From assembly GCA_010909165.1 (NCBI GenBank), contig MU008193.1, forward strand, positions 353,631 through 417,630: 64,000 nt of DNA. The letters run 5' to 3'. This document shows positions 9,300 through 20,551 of the stretch, piece by piece. Both the position numbers and the translations under genes were made by a program. How positions within the stretch are numbered: the first letter of the stretch is position 1; each line of letters opens with the position of its first letter. The notes under the pieces are model-generated. The model did not search any database, was not told the DNA's origin, and saw only the letters and a program-made list of their open reading frames with translations. The stretch comes from Anthoceros angustus. Its lineage: Eukaryota > Plantae > Anthocerotophyta.

Positions 9300-12200
9300 T
9301 CCTACTCGTGCGGTCGGAGTCGGGCGGGCGAATGGAAGGCCATAAGCGGCAGTGGCACGGTCTCGAAAATGTTTCACGAATTGATGTTTTTGGTACGCAT
9401 CGCCTTGCGTCGTCGCGGAAGATTGAGAAGGTGACAATCATGGACACCACTCCGAGCATGGAAGGCATCGGAAGGTCTCATCATCGATACAACTCCGGTT
9501 GAAGAAGGGAGAGGAGGTAGGCCAAGCATTACGGATACCACGCCAAATCGGACATTAGGAGCGTGAAGATGGAATGCGCGGAAATTGTTTCTTCATCGCT
9601 CCATGGAGGAGGTCGGGAATGATGGGTGAATTTTGCGGGAAGGAGGATGCGGGCACGAACACGGGTGGCATCCGAGGAGCCTTTCACGAATCCTCGAGTC
9701 CACATTGTCCGGTGAAGCGTAGACATTATCAAGCGGAGATTGAAGAGGACCATGAAGGCGTTGAAGAAATACACAACGCATGGTCTTCGCATTCTTTGTG
9801 GCGAGTTGTTTCTTGCAATTGGGAAAGAAGAATATAGAGAGCCTCGGATATCGCTTCTTGGGATTGCCTCGAGCGGGAAATATATTTGCAAGGATTGCTC
9901 GAGGTAGAACAAGCAACCTATCTTGGCAATGTTCTCAATTTTCTCACAGGAGACAGTTGCAATGTTGTGTCTGAAGTTTCGGAAAAGTGTTACGCATTGG
10001 ATGGCGGAGGTATGAACATTTGAAGCAGTACTAACGAACACACCATGGTCATCGAATTGAAGTTCCAAGGGCATGGCGAAGATCATGTTCGGAATGCATT
10101 GCTTGGATGGAAAAGTTTTTCAAGCTAACGGTGACGCATGCCCAATGTTTGATTTTAACTTGCGATTCATATACCAAAGGAGATATTCCGGGACTACAAG
10201 CGGGAGGTTTCAAGAATTTGGGTTGACCAACGTCTCTCATTCTCATACATGCCTTATGGAAGAAACATTTTCCAAAAGTGAAGATACCAAAGTGTAGTCG
10301 TTTTCAAAATCGTCCAATGCGAAGCGTTGAAGGCGACCATCGAGATGACCGACCGGCAAACAAACAAGGTATTTCATATCCGAGTTTCTTTTGACTTCCA
10401 TGGAATCATGAGCACTCAAGCCTCTTGTCTCGTGCTTGTTCGCCCACACGTGCACTTGTCTTGCGCCGCGAGCAAAGTGAGTCGCTGGCGCGCATTCACA
10501 GGAGGTAGGGCGGCGGAAGGAAAGTGCGCGCATTTGTGCGCGCGCATTTGCGTGCGCGCGCGCGCGCACGCGGCGCACGAGTGGAGCTCCTCTTACGCCC
10601 GCGGTGGCGTGCGGCGCGCATTTGTGCGCGCGCGCGCACGCCGGGTGATGCGGTCCATCTTGGTCTTGGCCCGGTCGCGGTCGTCCATCGCGTCGCAGAC
10701 CAAGGACAACGTTCGACCATGTGATCCATTTTTGCGTGTGAGGTCCATGAGCGGCATCTTCGTCAACATCGGTCGGCGATCAAGCGGGCGACTAAAACTT
10801 GCAAAACATCGTTTGAAGTGTAAAGGCCAGAGCAAATACATTGGTATGGCGATAGGCGGGATGGACCAAAGCAAGGCGGAGCTCCACATTTTCTGCCCCT
10901 CAAAGGATTTTGCGGATGGTCTCATCCGGGTCCATGTTGTGGGTTGTTTGGTATACAACAACATTATGAAGACCGGTGTATGTGAACTTCCGAATATTGG
11001 AGCAGCGCCAACAACTATTCATATCATCCGGGATGTTATTCTCACATATGAGATGGTTACGCGAAGGCGTTTTACTTGCTGGACAACACGGCGGAGAAAA
11101 CAAGAATATGTTGTTGTTTGCATACTTGAGTATGCTTGTCGAAGCGGGTCTTGATAAGGTGAAGGTGGGCTTCCTTCTTGTCGGGCACACACATGATGCG
11201 ATTGACCAAATGTTCTCGTGCTTTTCTAAAAGTCTCGAGCACAAAAAGCAATGTCACTCGAAACCCTTATGAGTTTGATTCATCAGCTTATACACCCAAT
11301 CCGAAGTGAAAATGGTTTAGGTGGCGATTTGAGCTTTATCGGCCCAATGGGATGGGTAAAGAGGACACGAGATGCGTGATGAGAATTTGCACAATCATAG
11401 TTATCGACATCAATTCAAAATTTCAAGGGAAGAAAAGTGGCAGCCCATGATTCTTCGTGGCAAGGCACTTTCTACTTGTTCACATTGGGAACCGTTGGAG
11501 GTTTGGAGTTCCTTGAGAATACAGAAAGCAGAGATATAAGGGGCGCCTTTATGTCCACTTCTTGCATGGAAACCCGCGGACGCATAAATCATTGGCAGCC
11601 ATTAGGAAAGCCCTCGAAGAACCGATGCAAAAATATCTATCTCGGAAGACAAAGTATGGTGGAACTCGTTACGGGCATCACGCGATCGATATTTGCGACA
11701 AAATCGGAGGAGGAGTCCATCGAGATCTTCAAAAGCATGGGAGTGGTACAGGGGCGGTGGCGGAACTTAAATCCATTGGCGTTCGGATGTCTTTGTCATT
11801 CGGCTCCGATTCGCGAACCACAGCCGTCACATGTATGTAAATTTTAGGCCAAGCGCGACCATCGAGTTGGCGAGATTCGATGGGGATGTGTCCGAGATCG
11901 ACGAGGCCATATGATTGCGATCCCATGTAGACGACGGTCGAGCAGGCCTTTGGATTGCAGTGGAAGACTTGGATTTCTTATGTGTGAACCTTACCTAGTT
12001 GTCCGGTGGTGGGTGACGGAGAATAGCAATGCGTTTGAGGAAGGTACCTACCGGAGGAGATATTGGCTCCACAGTGATAGAGGGTTTGCGACAACGGAGG
12101 CGACCAAGCACTGGATCATTGTTGATATCGGAGACATTTATTTTGGCATCTGGGTTCTCGTTTGCAAGGGATAGCACTCTACAAGTCCGTACAGGAGCTT
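9300..12200 (+). CDS. DUF7869-type DDE transposase-like protein with a C-terminal Tudor-like (PFWIA-type) module; frame-broken, probable intron about 10370-10700; ends approximate
   Basis: Stitched motifs LWKKHFPKVKIPK.SRF..C..C (10257-), KYIGMAIGGMDQSKAELPHF (10852-10875; family pattern IDGMDQ), YL.LDNT.GENKN (11079-), VEAGLDKVKVGFLLVGHTHDAIDQMFSCFS (GHTHDAIDQ 11183-11209), GHMIAI..AFWIAV..LVVRWW (about 11905-12015). Family identity is from recalled motifs. Confidence 0.75.
10520..10650. repeat. GCGC-rich cluster (GTGCGCGCATTTGTGCGCGC...) in the probable transposase intron
   Basis: Read directly; resembles the upstream arrays. Confidence 0.85.
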
Positions 12201-12357
12201 ATCAAGACAAAGCTATTCGAACTTCAACATCTACCAGTGGAAGAAGGTATGAGGTTGAAGATATGAGATGACCACCAAGTTCGAGAGATGCATTGGAGGA
12301 AAATGATGATTGGACGAAAATCCGAAATAAGGGTGGTGTAGTTAAGCCGTGGTGATG

Positions 12358-14490
12358 AGACATCCGACTTCGATTCGGCACCAATCGCAACAAGAACCAG
12401 CGGCGGAGGCAGCAGGAAGGGACGGCTATTGGTGCTTTTGAAGGCATGTTTGATGATGATCGGCACAAGGTCACCGTCGAAGGAGGCGGAAACACCGTAG
12501 AGGATAGAAAGGTGATAGGGTATTCTTCATAGCTTTAGGGCATAGGGTAGATAGATGAGGCATGTCTATGTGGACGTCCGATTTGTGCAACTTCTTATGT
12601 CGTCGGGCCGCCACATCCACAGACCTCAAGAAGACATATTTCCTCGATCGAATGATGTATTTCTTTCGTTTTGCCTTGTGCGCGCACAAGTTTGCGCCTC
12701 CTTGTTTGGCGCGCGCCACGCGCCTAGCCCCGCGGTATACAAAACATATAGAACCACACAAATTGCGAAACTCTTGCGAAATTATGGAAGAATTCGGTCC
12801 ATGCCTTCATCACATCCGACTTCGATTCGGCTGTCGCAACAAGAACCCGCGCGAGCAGCGGAACCGGGAATGCTTTTGGTGCATGTTTGATGATGATCCG
12901 GCACAAGGTCACCGTCGAAGGAGGACACCGTAGAGGATAGAAAGGTGATAGGGTATTCTTCATAGCTTTAGGGCATAGGGTAGATAGATGAGGCATGTCT
13001 ATGTGGACGTCCGATTTGTGCAACTTCTTATGTCGTGGGCTTCCGCCACATCCACGGACCTCAAGAAGACATATTTCCTCGATCGAATGATGTATTTACT
13101 TTTCGTTTTGCCTTGTGCGCACAAGTTTGCATACCCTTGTTTAGGCGCACTTACGCGCCCTTCCAGTATACAAAACATATAGAACCACACAAATTGCGAA
13201 ACTCGACATGCGAAATTATGGAAGAATTCGGTCCATGCCTTCATCACCGACAAAGTATCCATGCACACGAGTGCAAGGCGCCACCGATGTAAATGACCGG
13301 ACGAAGTGGTCCGGAGAATGCCGAATCCGATGGATGAACACCTACAAAACTCAACAAAACCAGCCCAACGGTTTTGCGGAATAGGGTTGGGATTTTTCCA
13401 AAACCCCTTTGACAGGAGAAAACCCCTTCCGAGCTTGGACAGTCGCGGCTGGCCGTGCCTTCTCTTATCAATTGGTTGTTTGACCACCGTCATTGCTTGC
13501 GAAGCAGGAGACATTGAGGATTTGGAAAGCTGCCAAAACCATTCCAAGATTTTGTTTATAGCGCATAGCTGAAGCGGATGGAAGAAGGCGAAAACAAATG
13601 GCCGACAAGGACATGGATGCGGTGGCGGTTTGAGTGCAGGTCTTGGACAAAGTGGCATATCGGTGGTGCATCGAGACATTTTGGATATGAAAGGATTTTG
13701 CCACAGGAGGTATACTCTTCTTTTCTGCGACCTCCCTCGAGGTTCTGAGGCATGTCTATGTGGACGTCCGATTTGTGCAACTTCTTATGTCGGGCTTCCG
13801 CCACATCCACGGACCTCCAAGAAGACATATTTCCTCGATCGAATGATGTATTTCGTTTTGCCTTGTGCGCGCTGTTGCATACCCTTGTTTAGTGCGCCTA
13901 GCCCCACTTGGTATACAAAACATATAGAACCACACAAATTGCGAAACTCGACATGCGAAATTATGGAAGAATTCGGTCACGGCCCTTCATCACACCGACA
14001 AAGTATCCATGCACACGAGTGCATGGCGCCACCGATGTAAATGACGGACGAAGTGGTCCGGGCCGAGAATGCCGAATCCGATGGATGAACACCTACAAAA
14101 CTCAACAAAACCAGCCCAACGGTTTTGCGGAATAGGGTTGGGATTTTTCCAAAACCCCTTTGACAGGAGAAAACCCCTTCGAGCAGACGTGTCTGCGGGC
14201 TGGCCGGCGCACTCTCTTATCAATTGGTTGTTTGACCACCGTCATTGCTTGCGGCAGGAGACATTGAGGATTTGGAAAGCTTGCCAAAACCATTCCAAGA
14301 TTTTGTTTATAGCGCATAGCTGGAAGCGGATGGAAGAAGAAAACAAATGGCCGACAAGGACATGGATGCGGTGGCGGTTTGAGTGCAGGTCTTGGACAAA
14401 GTGGCATATCGGTGGTGCATCGAGACATTTTGGATATGAAAGGATTTTGCCAGGAGGTATACTCTTCTTTTGCGACCTCCCTCGAGGTTC
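12358..14490. repeat. Two overlapping tandem duplications (about 455 bp: 12358-12812 / 12813-13250; about 750 bp: 12990-13748 / 13748-14490)
   Basis: GAGGCATGTCTATGTGGACGTCCG occurs at about 12557, 12990 and 13748; the DLPRG exon occurs twice (13729, 14474). Confidence 0.85.
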
Positions 14491-15300
14491 TGGCGGCATG
14501 AGAATGACAAGGCTTTCGTTGAAGAAGAATTGAAAGAGCTCATCGCTCTTTCAGCGAGAAGACCACCGATGTGTTCGGATAATTCTTATGCATGGGGTGG
14601 ATGGGGTGATTCAAGCCGGGGAGGCTTTGAGGTCGTGGTGCGGGAAAGGAGTCATACCGGTATGGGAGAAAACCAACATCCCAATCAATGCTGGTGCCGC
14701 TGAAACAAAGGAATATTTGATGGAAGCGAAGGAAGACAGAGTCCAATGTCGGAAAAGCTCCTCTTTTGCGGCAAAGACATCAAGCAGTGCTCCCAAGAGT
14801 TATCCGACATGGACCGTGGTGAAGAAGGCGATTTACCACCGGTGATAAGATGGTCGACGCCATATCGAAACACATGGGCTTATTAGGCATGTTGGTGAAC
14901 ATGTTCTCCAACGAAGACGACTAGATTGTTGACACTGCGGGATCGGGATCATTTTGGTGGCGGGATTCAGCGGAAAAGGAGCGTTGTGGCCATTGACAAA
15001 GGCACGATGCTCAATGTATATGTCTAGCAGTGAGCGGGTTGGAGCGGTGCCGGACGAGTTCGAAGAAATAACAACGATAAGTTTTCGCGGGGCCTGCAAG
15101 TTTTGGGCAAAGGAGATCCGTGCACGGAGGCATTGACAGAAAATGCAAGTGTATAGCTTGCTTGGAAAGAAGGTCGAGAATGAAGGACTTGACACTCAGA
15201 CGACCCGTTGAAGACCAAGCGCATTGACAATATGGGATGAAAGCGGCACACTACCACCAGACAACAGAGGCTCGACGTTTTCGCTTTGCAGTTGAAGGTG
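12500..15300 (+). CDS. Second beta-class N4/N6 DNA methyltransferase-like gene (MTase-2), frame-broken; recognisable core 14250-15010, ends uncertain
   Basis: LPKPFQDFVYSA.SWKRMEE..ADKDMDA..YSVVHRDILDM aligns to MTase-1 IPDSFKEHINAARNWKRVED..AEEDNDA..YQVITGDIREM. Motif IV LLFCDLPRG (14474-14488), PY(Q)KHMGLLGMLVNMFSNEDD.IVD..AGSGS (about 14855-14950), RSVVAIDK (about 14974-15000). Confidence 0.75.
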
Positions 15301-15832
15301 ATGACTTTGGTGACACGGAAAGGCGTGATTTGGAAAATGTAGAAAGCGGTGCAGTTCGGAGCTCAATTTGGTTGAAGTAGATGACCCTTTGGGTAGCAGG
15401 ACTTGTAGGCGTGAGGGGCTCTGTCCAGGTTGACGGTATAATTCCGTTTTGACTCTTCGTGGAAAATGCCCGAATTTGATTTGAATGCATATTACGTGTT
15501 TTGGACCCATAGTCTTTGGCACTCTGCCCTTTCCCCAGTATGTCTGGAAGCACGGACGACCGCGACCAAACAAAAGTGTGCATACATGGAAAAAACCTCT
15601 ATTTTACTTACATTGTTCTAAGTGGAACTGCCATTAAGCACATCTCTTTTAAAAACACGTGTTTTGCATGATATGAGAAAGGGGTGGCAACCTCCGCCCA
15701 AAGCGCAAAAGAGGCTTTCAAGAATCCGCCGATATTGCGCGGACTCTGTTTCAACTATGAGTCTAGATGCCAAAATCGTTGAACATCGAGCTGCACGCAG
15801 AGACGAACTAGGACACGCGGTGCCTGGAGACG

Positions 15833-16375
15833 GTGGCAATGGTTGCCGAAGATGCTACTGTGGAAGCAATCGTGGAGGGGATGACTGGTCTAGACACAAA
15901 GTTGGTTGGGTTTAACAAGAACCTAGAAGTGGCTGCCAACTTTCTCGAACCCACACCCAGGAGATTGAAGGGCGAATGGCGGAAGGTTAAAGAATCACGA
16001 GAGATGTCTACGTATGATAGCAAGAGCGAGGATGAAGAGCCAGCAAAGAACCGGGCTTCAAGGGGGCCAGGGGTTACTCGCGGGCGCAGACGGGGCGGTG
16101 GCAAAAAAAGAGATGCAATGCAGGTGTTCACAATGGCCACGCTTGGTTCCGATGACCATGGAAGAGCATGGAGTAGCCAGGTGAGCGCGAGCAAGTATGG
16201 TCATGGGTGCACACCTTCCCCAGTATCGGGGTGGCCCAAAACCCTTGCTGCCACAACTAGGGCAAAGGCCACCACCACATGCTCGGGATTTGATGGTGTA
16301 GGGCAGGAGTCACGGTACAAGGATAGGGTTTGTGATGAAAATGCCTCGGAGGAGGAGTGTTTGTGCGACAAATAG
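15833..16375 (+). other. Unassigned ORF (180 aa as listed) within the putative element, possibly another cargo gene
   Basis: Open frame with coiled/charged and basic (GRRRGGGKKR) segments; no recognised domain. Confidence 0.3.
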
Positions 16376-18902
16376 AAAGACATTGAGTCCAACTCAGACA
16401 TCGAGAGGAAGGACGCTGCAAAGTGAGGCAGTCAAGCCGGGTCTATGCCCCAGGGCGTTATGGATAATGTTTGACTTCACATGCAGAAGGTGCTGGCGAG
16501 TGAAAAGCACAAGCGACACTCCCGATGTTGGACGATGCGAACCTGGTTACCCTCGTCGGTAACCATGTTGCCCTGGTGGATCATGATGAGGGGCCGGATA
16601 CTTATGTTCAGCGCCCGACCTTTGAGAAGGAATAGTGTGGTGTGTTGTAGCCGTGTATCAGGCAGTAAGAAAAAATCAACTGTGTAGGCCAATTTCGTAC
16701 GCCATGTAAAGATTGTCGAAACTGAGAACCCTGCTATTGGAGATGCCGCTATAGAGCCTCCCCATGCTAACAAGGTGTATGTTGAATGTGGTGTCTGCCC
16801 TGACCTTGAAGATTATGTTGCCATGACTCCAGATGACTTGCGTAGGGTATGGAGTTTGAGCATCTTCCTCATGATGAAGATGTTTTGAGGAAGATGCTGA
16901 CACCCTTCCACCTGAATGCCGCGATGTGGAGATGAAGGGCAAGAGGGGCCCAAAGCGGAAGAGGGTTCACGATATCTGTTACGAAGTGCTGCCCGAATAT
17001 TTGCACCCTTTTGGTAAGTACGCTAAATTACAGTCAATGTAATTTTTAGCGTAACAGCCCGACAGAGGCCTGTTTGCAACGTGAAATTCAAGTTCGATTT
17101 AACAGTCTTGAAATAGCCATAATTTCCATGATTGATTATCCAGGAAGAATCAAGCTTGCTATCCATGCCCTGTTTGCCAAGCCTAGTTCAACTCTGGATT
17201 AGGCCTGATTCAATCTTGATTTTGGGTTGATTTCTAGACTGATTTTCAGGCCCGAATTTTAGGCTTCAATCAGGCTAGATTTCCCATGTTGATTTCAAGC
17301 TTGAACACAAGTCTGAACACTTAAGCTTGAATTTTAAGCTGGAAGATGTAGTCATGTATTTTCAAGCTTGAATTAGCTACCTTGATTCTTTCACCACAGA
17401 ACCCTAAACTTTGCTGCTGCTATAGTACTAACCTTGTTGTTGTTGTTGCTCTTGTGTTTCAAGGTTCATCTACTGTGGGAGTCCCTCGTACTTGTCCGTG
17501 AAGGACAGAGTCCATTTTGCGGTCTGATACATATGCAATCCACTCATATATCCCTTTTGGAAATAGATACAAACCATCCAGCTGCATATTGAGACATGTA
17601 TCAGGCACACTATGACTGGGCCAAGGGAGTTTCAACCTATTGTCCTGCAGTTTTTTAGCACTAATTTGAAGCATTGGGGAAACAATGTTAAAAATGAGGC
17701 ACATTATCTTTTGCAGGCTTGGGAGAAAGTCTAAGGCCCATAACCAGCAAAAACTGGCTGCCATGAGTAGGATAAAGGAGGTAGGAAGCAATACATATTC
17801 ATGCTCCATTTCCTCTCCTCCATTTTTTAACATGACTAATGGTTGCCTTTTAGCAGTTGGACTATTATTGGGGCTCTGCCATAGAGGTTCGGTACTAGTG
17901 GAGAAACAGAGAGTATACCTTGTGGAATATAGGGATGAGCTAGAGATTAGAATACATTAGGATGTAGGGGCGGTCTGGTTAGGAGAGTAGATTCAAGCCA
18001 TATTTTGTAAACAAATTCCCAAACCCCTTAAATCCCTCTCCCCTTCTCTCCCCTCCTCTCTTCCCCTCCCCCATTCTTTCTTCTCCATTTTACTACAAGC
18101 CCTTGTCTTTTACAACTGCATTTTGAACCACTGTTCACTTTACTATGCTACTTTTACTACAGATATTTTCCTACTGCCTTTACTTTCCAGGCGCTTTACT
18201 ACATACGATTTACTACAGGAGTTAGCAAATATCAGTTAGCAAACCACAGAGAATTAACTTCAATTAATAGACCATGGTTACTCAATTCCAGTTAACAAAC
18301 CATGATTTATTAACACAAATTAATAAACCATGGATTTTTAACTGGTGGTTTAGGTTTGATGGTTTATTAATTAGCCATGGTTAAAACTATTGTAACCCAG
18401 TAGTAATCTAATGTAGAAAAATATGTAGGAAAGTAAACTGTAGGTACTCTGACTAACCTGTGAACGGTGTACATGATTAGAATATATCGTATAGTACCTG
18501 CTCCCACTACTGAAGTTGAAGGCCTGTCGAAGTGGTTCTAGGATACGTGCACGCTTGAGTAGGCTGCACTGTCCTTTGATTGCCATGGATTTCCTGTCTG
18601 CTTTGCTTGTCCCTTCTTAGCAGGGGAGGGGTTTTCTTCCCTTCCGCACGTTTTCGGCCCCGTGTATAACATACCTTTGTTCTCTTTGCTTGGGGACTTT
18701 TGTAATTCTCGTTTTATGCTTATAAAGTCTCAAAATCTAGCCAAAAAAACATAGATGGTAATGTTGTGGTTACCATATGATCACATAGCGTGATTGTGGG
18801 TAATGGCATGTGGTGGTAGTTGTTCTGAATAATATTTTGAAGTAAAGTTTTTAGTAAATATTCTCCATCAGATTTATATAAACCTCAGTTAATGGAGGCG
18901 TG

Positions 18903-19126
18903 GAAGAAGAAGAAGAAGAATTTTATTTAAGTCCACTAAGGACGGATTTCCATCATGGGACTTGGTACTTAACAACTTGTACCATGGTGTGCCTAAGCTA
19001 CTTGTACCAAGGGCATCCACTTCCTTCAGGCACCCCATCTAAGTACCGATATAAGCGCAGGATGCTTTTTATCACGACGTTCTTATAAATGTGTGTCCAT
19101 TCGGCCTACGCCAATTGGACACACAT
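18903..19126 (-). mobile_element. (TTC)n-tailed SINE-like / 5'-truncated non-LTR retroposon, copy A
   Basis: About 200-bp body shared with 55207-55389, 60725-61010 and 62964-63307. On the minus strand it ends in AATAAAA followed by (TTC)n. Confidence 0.65.
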
Positions 19127-19920
19127 GAAGGCGGTGAGTGTTGCAGCACATCCAACGGAAAGTCAGAGAGCAAATAGCATCGAGAAAAAGGTCTTGAAGA
19201 GGGCTTCCAAGTTCCTGGAGGCAGGTCGGCCCCCGGCGGCCACGGCCGGGTCCCGTGGTCCATGGAGCCATTAAGGGAGCGACGACATGCCGGGGCCCGG
19301 GTTGCCCCGTCACGGCGCTGGGCCCGGACGACGCGGTTTGGGCGACGAATAACCGGTTGCCTAGGTTTGTGGACCCTTCGAGTCGGGGCTTGGGACGTCA
19401 CGGGCCACGGCACAGACGTGGGGTGGGCCCGGGCAGTCCACGTTGCAGTGTTTCCTGGTGAGTAGGTGACGCCTCTATCAGCATGGAACACACGGGTGTG
19501 TATTCTGAAATTTGTAAAGGTGCATATAAGGCATCCTGTATATCATCTCCCTGTATATGTACCTGGGCTGCGGCAGTTTGCACGAGCCAAGAGCATGCGG
19601 AAGCGGAATCATCTCCAGTGTCATGTACAGTGATGGATACAGCCGCCCCTGGACCTGCACCTGCATCGATGTGTAGCGGCCTGGGAGGCTGCTGCTCCTG
19701 CTGCTCACAGCCCACTGGTTTCTCATCACCTTTGATGCCGTACAGGCGGTGGGGACAATCACTCCTCAGGACGGTGCCGGTCCTGGCGCAGGATTCTTCC
19801 TGTGAGGAATACTGACATATGCGCCAGACGCACCGCAGAAGTGGAGACGAGGCTGGTAGGTGGCTTTCATTCCCGGACAAGTACCTGCCGCCTAACTCTC
19901 TATCAGCAAATAAACGCGCG

Positions 19921-20551
19921 TGCTCACCGTACCGCTCGTGTGGCACAAGCCCTGATGCACATCCGATGCACCGGGCGGCCGGCTTCTCTCTCCCTTCTCG
20001 GGGACCAACCCTCTGGCAACTGGTTCTCTGTTCAGTGTCCCACGGCTATGTCCTGCTGAGTGCCTAAGACACAAGTGGTACGCTCTGCTGAGCGCCTTTG
20101 TTCTGCTGGTTTCACTATGTCACGAAACACATCCAAGCTCATGGGCTCATGTGGATCGCCGAATGTGCCAGGCTCCGGAGTCTGCACTTGCAAAGTGTCT
20201 GGCCAATGTGCCACTGTGTTCACATAGCAGGCTTGCGGAAACGTGAGCTCGCGTGATGAGCTCTCTTCTGGTCGATATGCCCTTGTGATCACATCGCAGG
20301 CTTGCGGAAACGAGAGCTCGCCTGATGAGCTCCTCCCCGTCATGCTTCGTACTTGCAATGCCAATTAGGTTTAAAAATGCTCATTCTCCCGCGCATGACG
20401 AACTGGAACACGGGATTGATGAACTCGTTGAACACTGCGGACGGTGGAAAAAGAGCCAGTTGCCGGATGAGGGTTGGTCGGTGGGAAGGGAAAGAGGATA
20501 CCGGCAGCACGGTGCATCGGAGTTTGTGCCACACGAGCGGTAGGGTGAGCA
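19921..20551. repeat. Imperfect inverted repeat, arms about 100 bp (19921-20025 / 20453-20551), spacer about 430 bp
   Basis: TGCTCACC.TACCGCTCGTGTGGCACAA...GACCAACCCTC...GGCAACTGG is reverse-complemented in the right arm. Confidence 0.85.

Larger units (their letters stand above)
1..17000. mobile_element. Putative large DNA transposon (or nested cluster) with a DUF7869-type DDE transposase and ParB-like / DNA amino-methyltransferase-like cargo genes; left end outside the window, right end approximate
   Basis: Transposase-like motifs at 10257-11209, two MTase-like genes, ParB-like GGNH motifs, and shared GCGC-type motif arrays lie together in one block that is compositionally distinct from the host genes after 17 kb. 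No TIR or TSD could be identified. Confidence 0.6.

Noticed and set aside
1-17000. Bacterial contamination or recent HGT as the source of the MTase/ParB genes
   Set aside because: Spliceosomal GT-AG introns at a shared position in paralogs, a eukaryote-type transposase, a telo-box and continuity with plant sequence.
19290-19450. DAVWATNNRLPRFVD as a degenerate PDF motif, with a 12-nt match to the 55.1 kb region
   Set aside because: Too short; the WWDNR and PDF core is missing.
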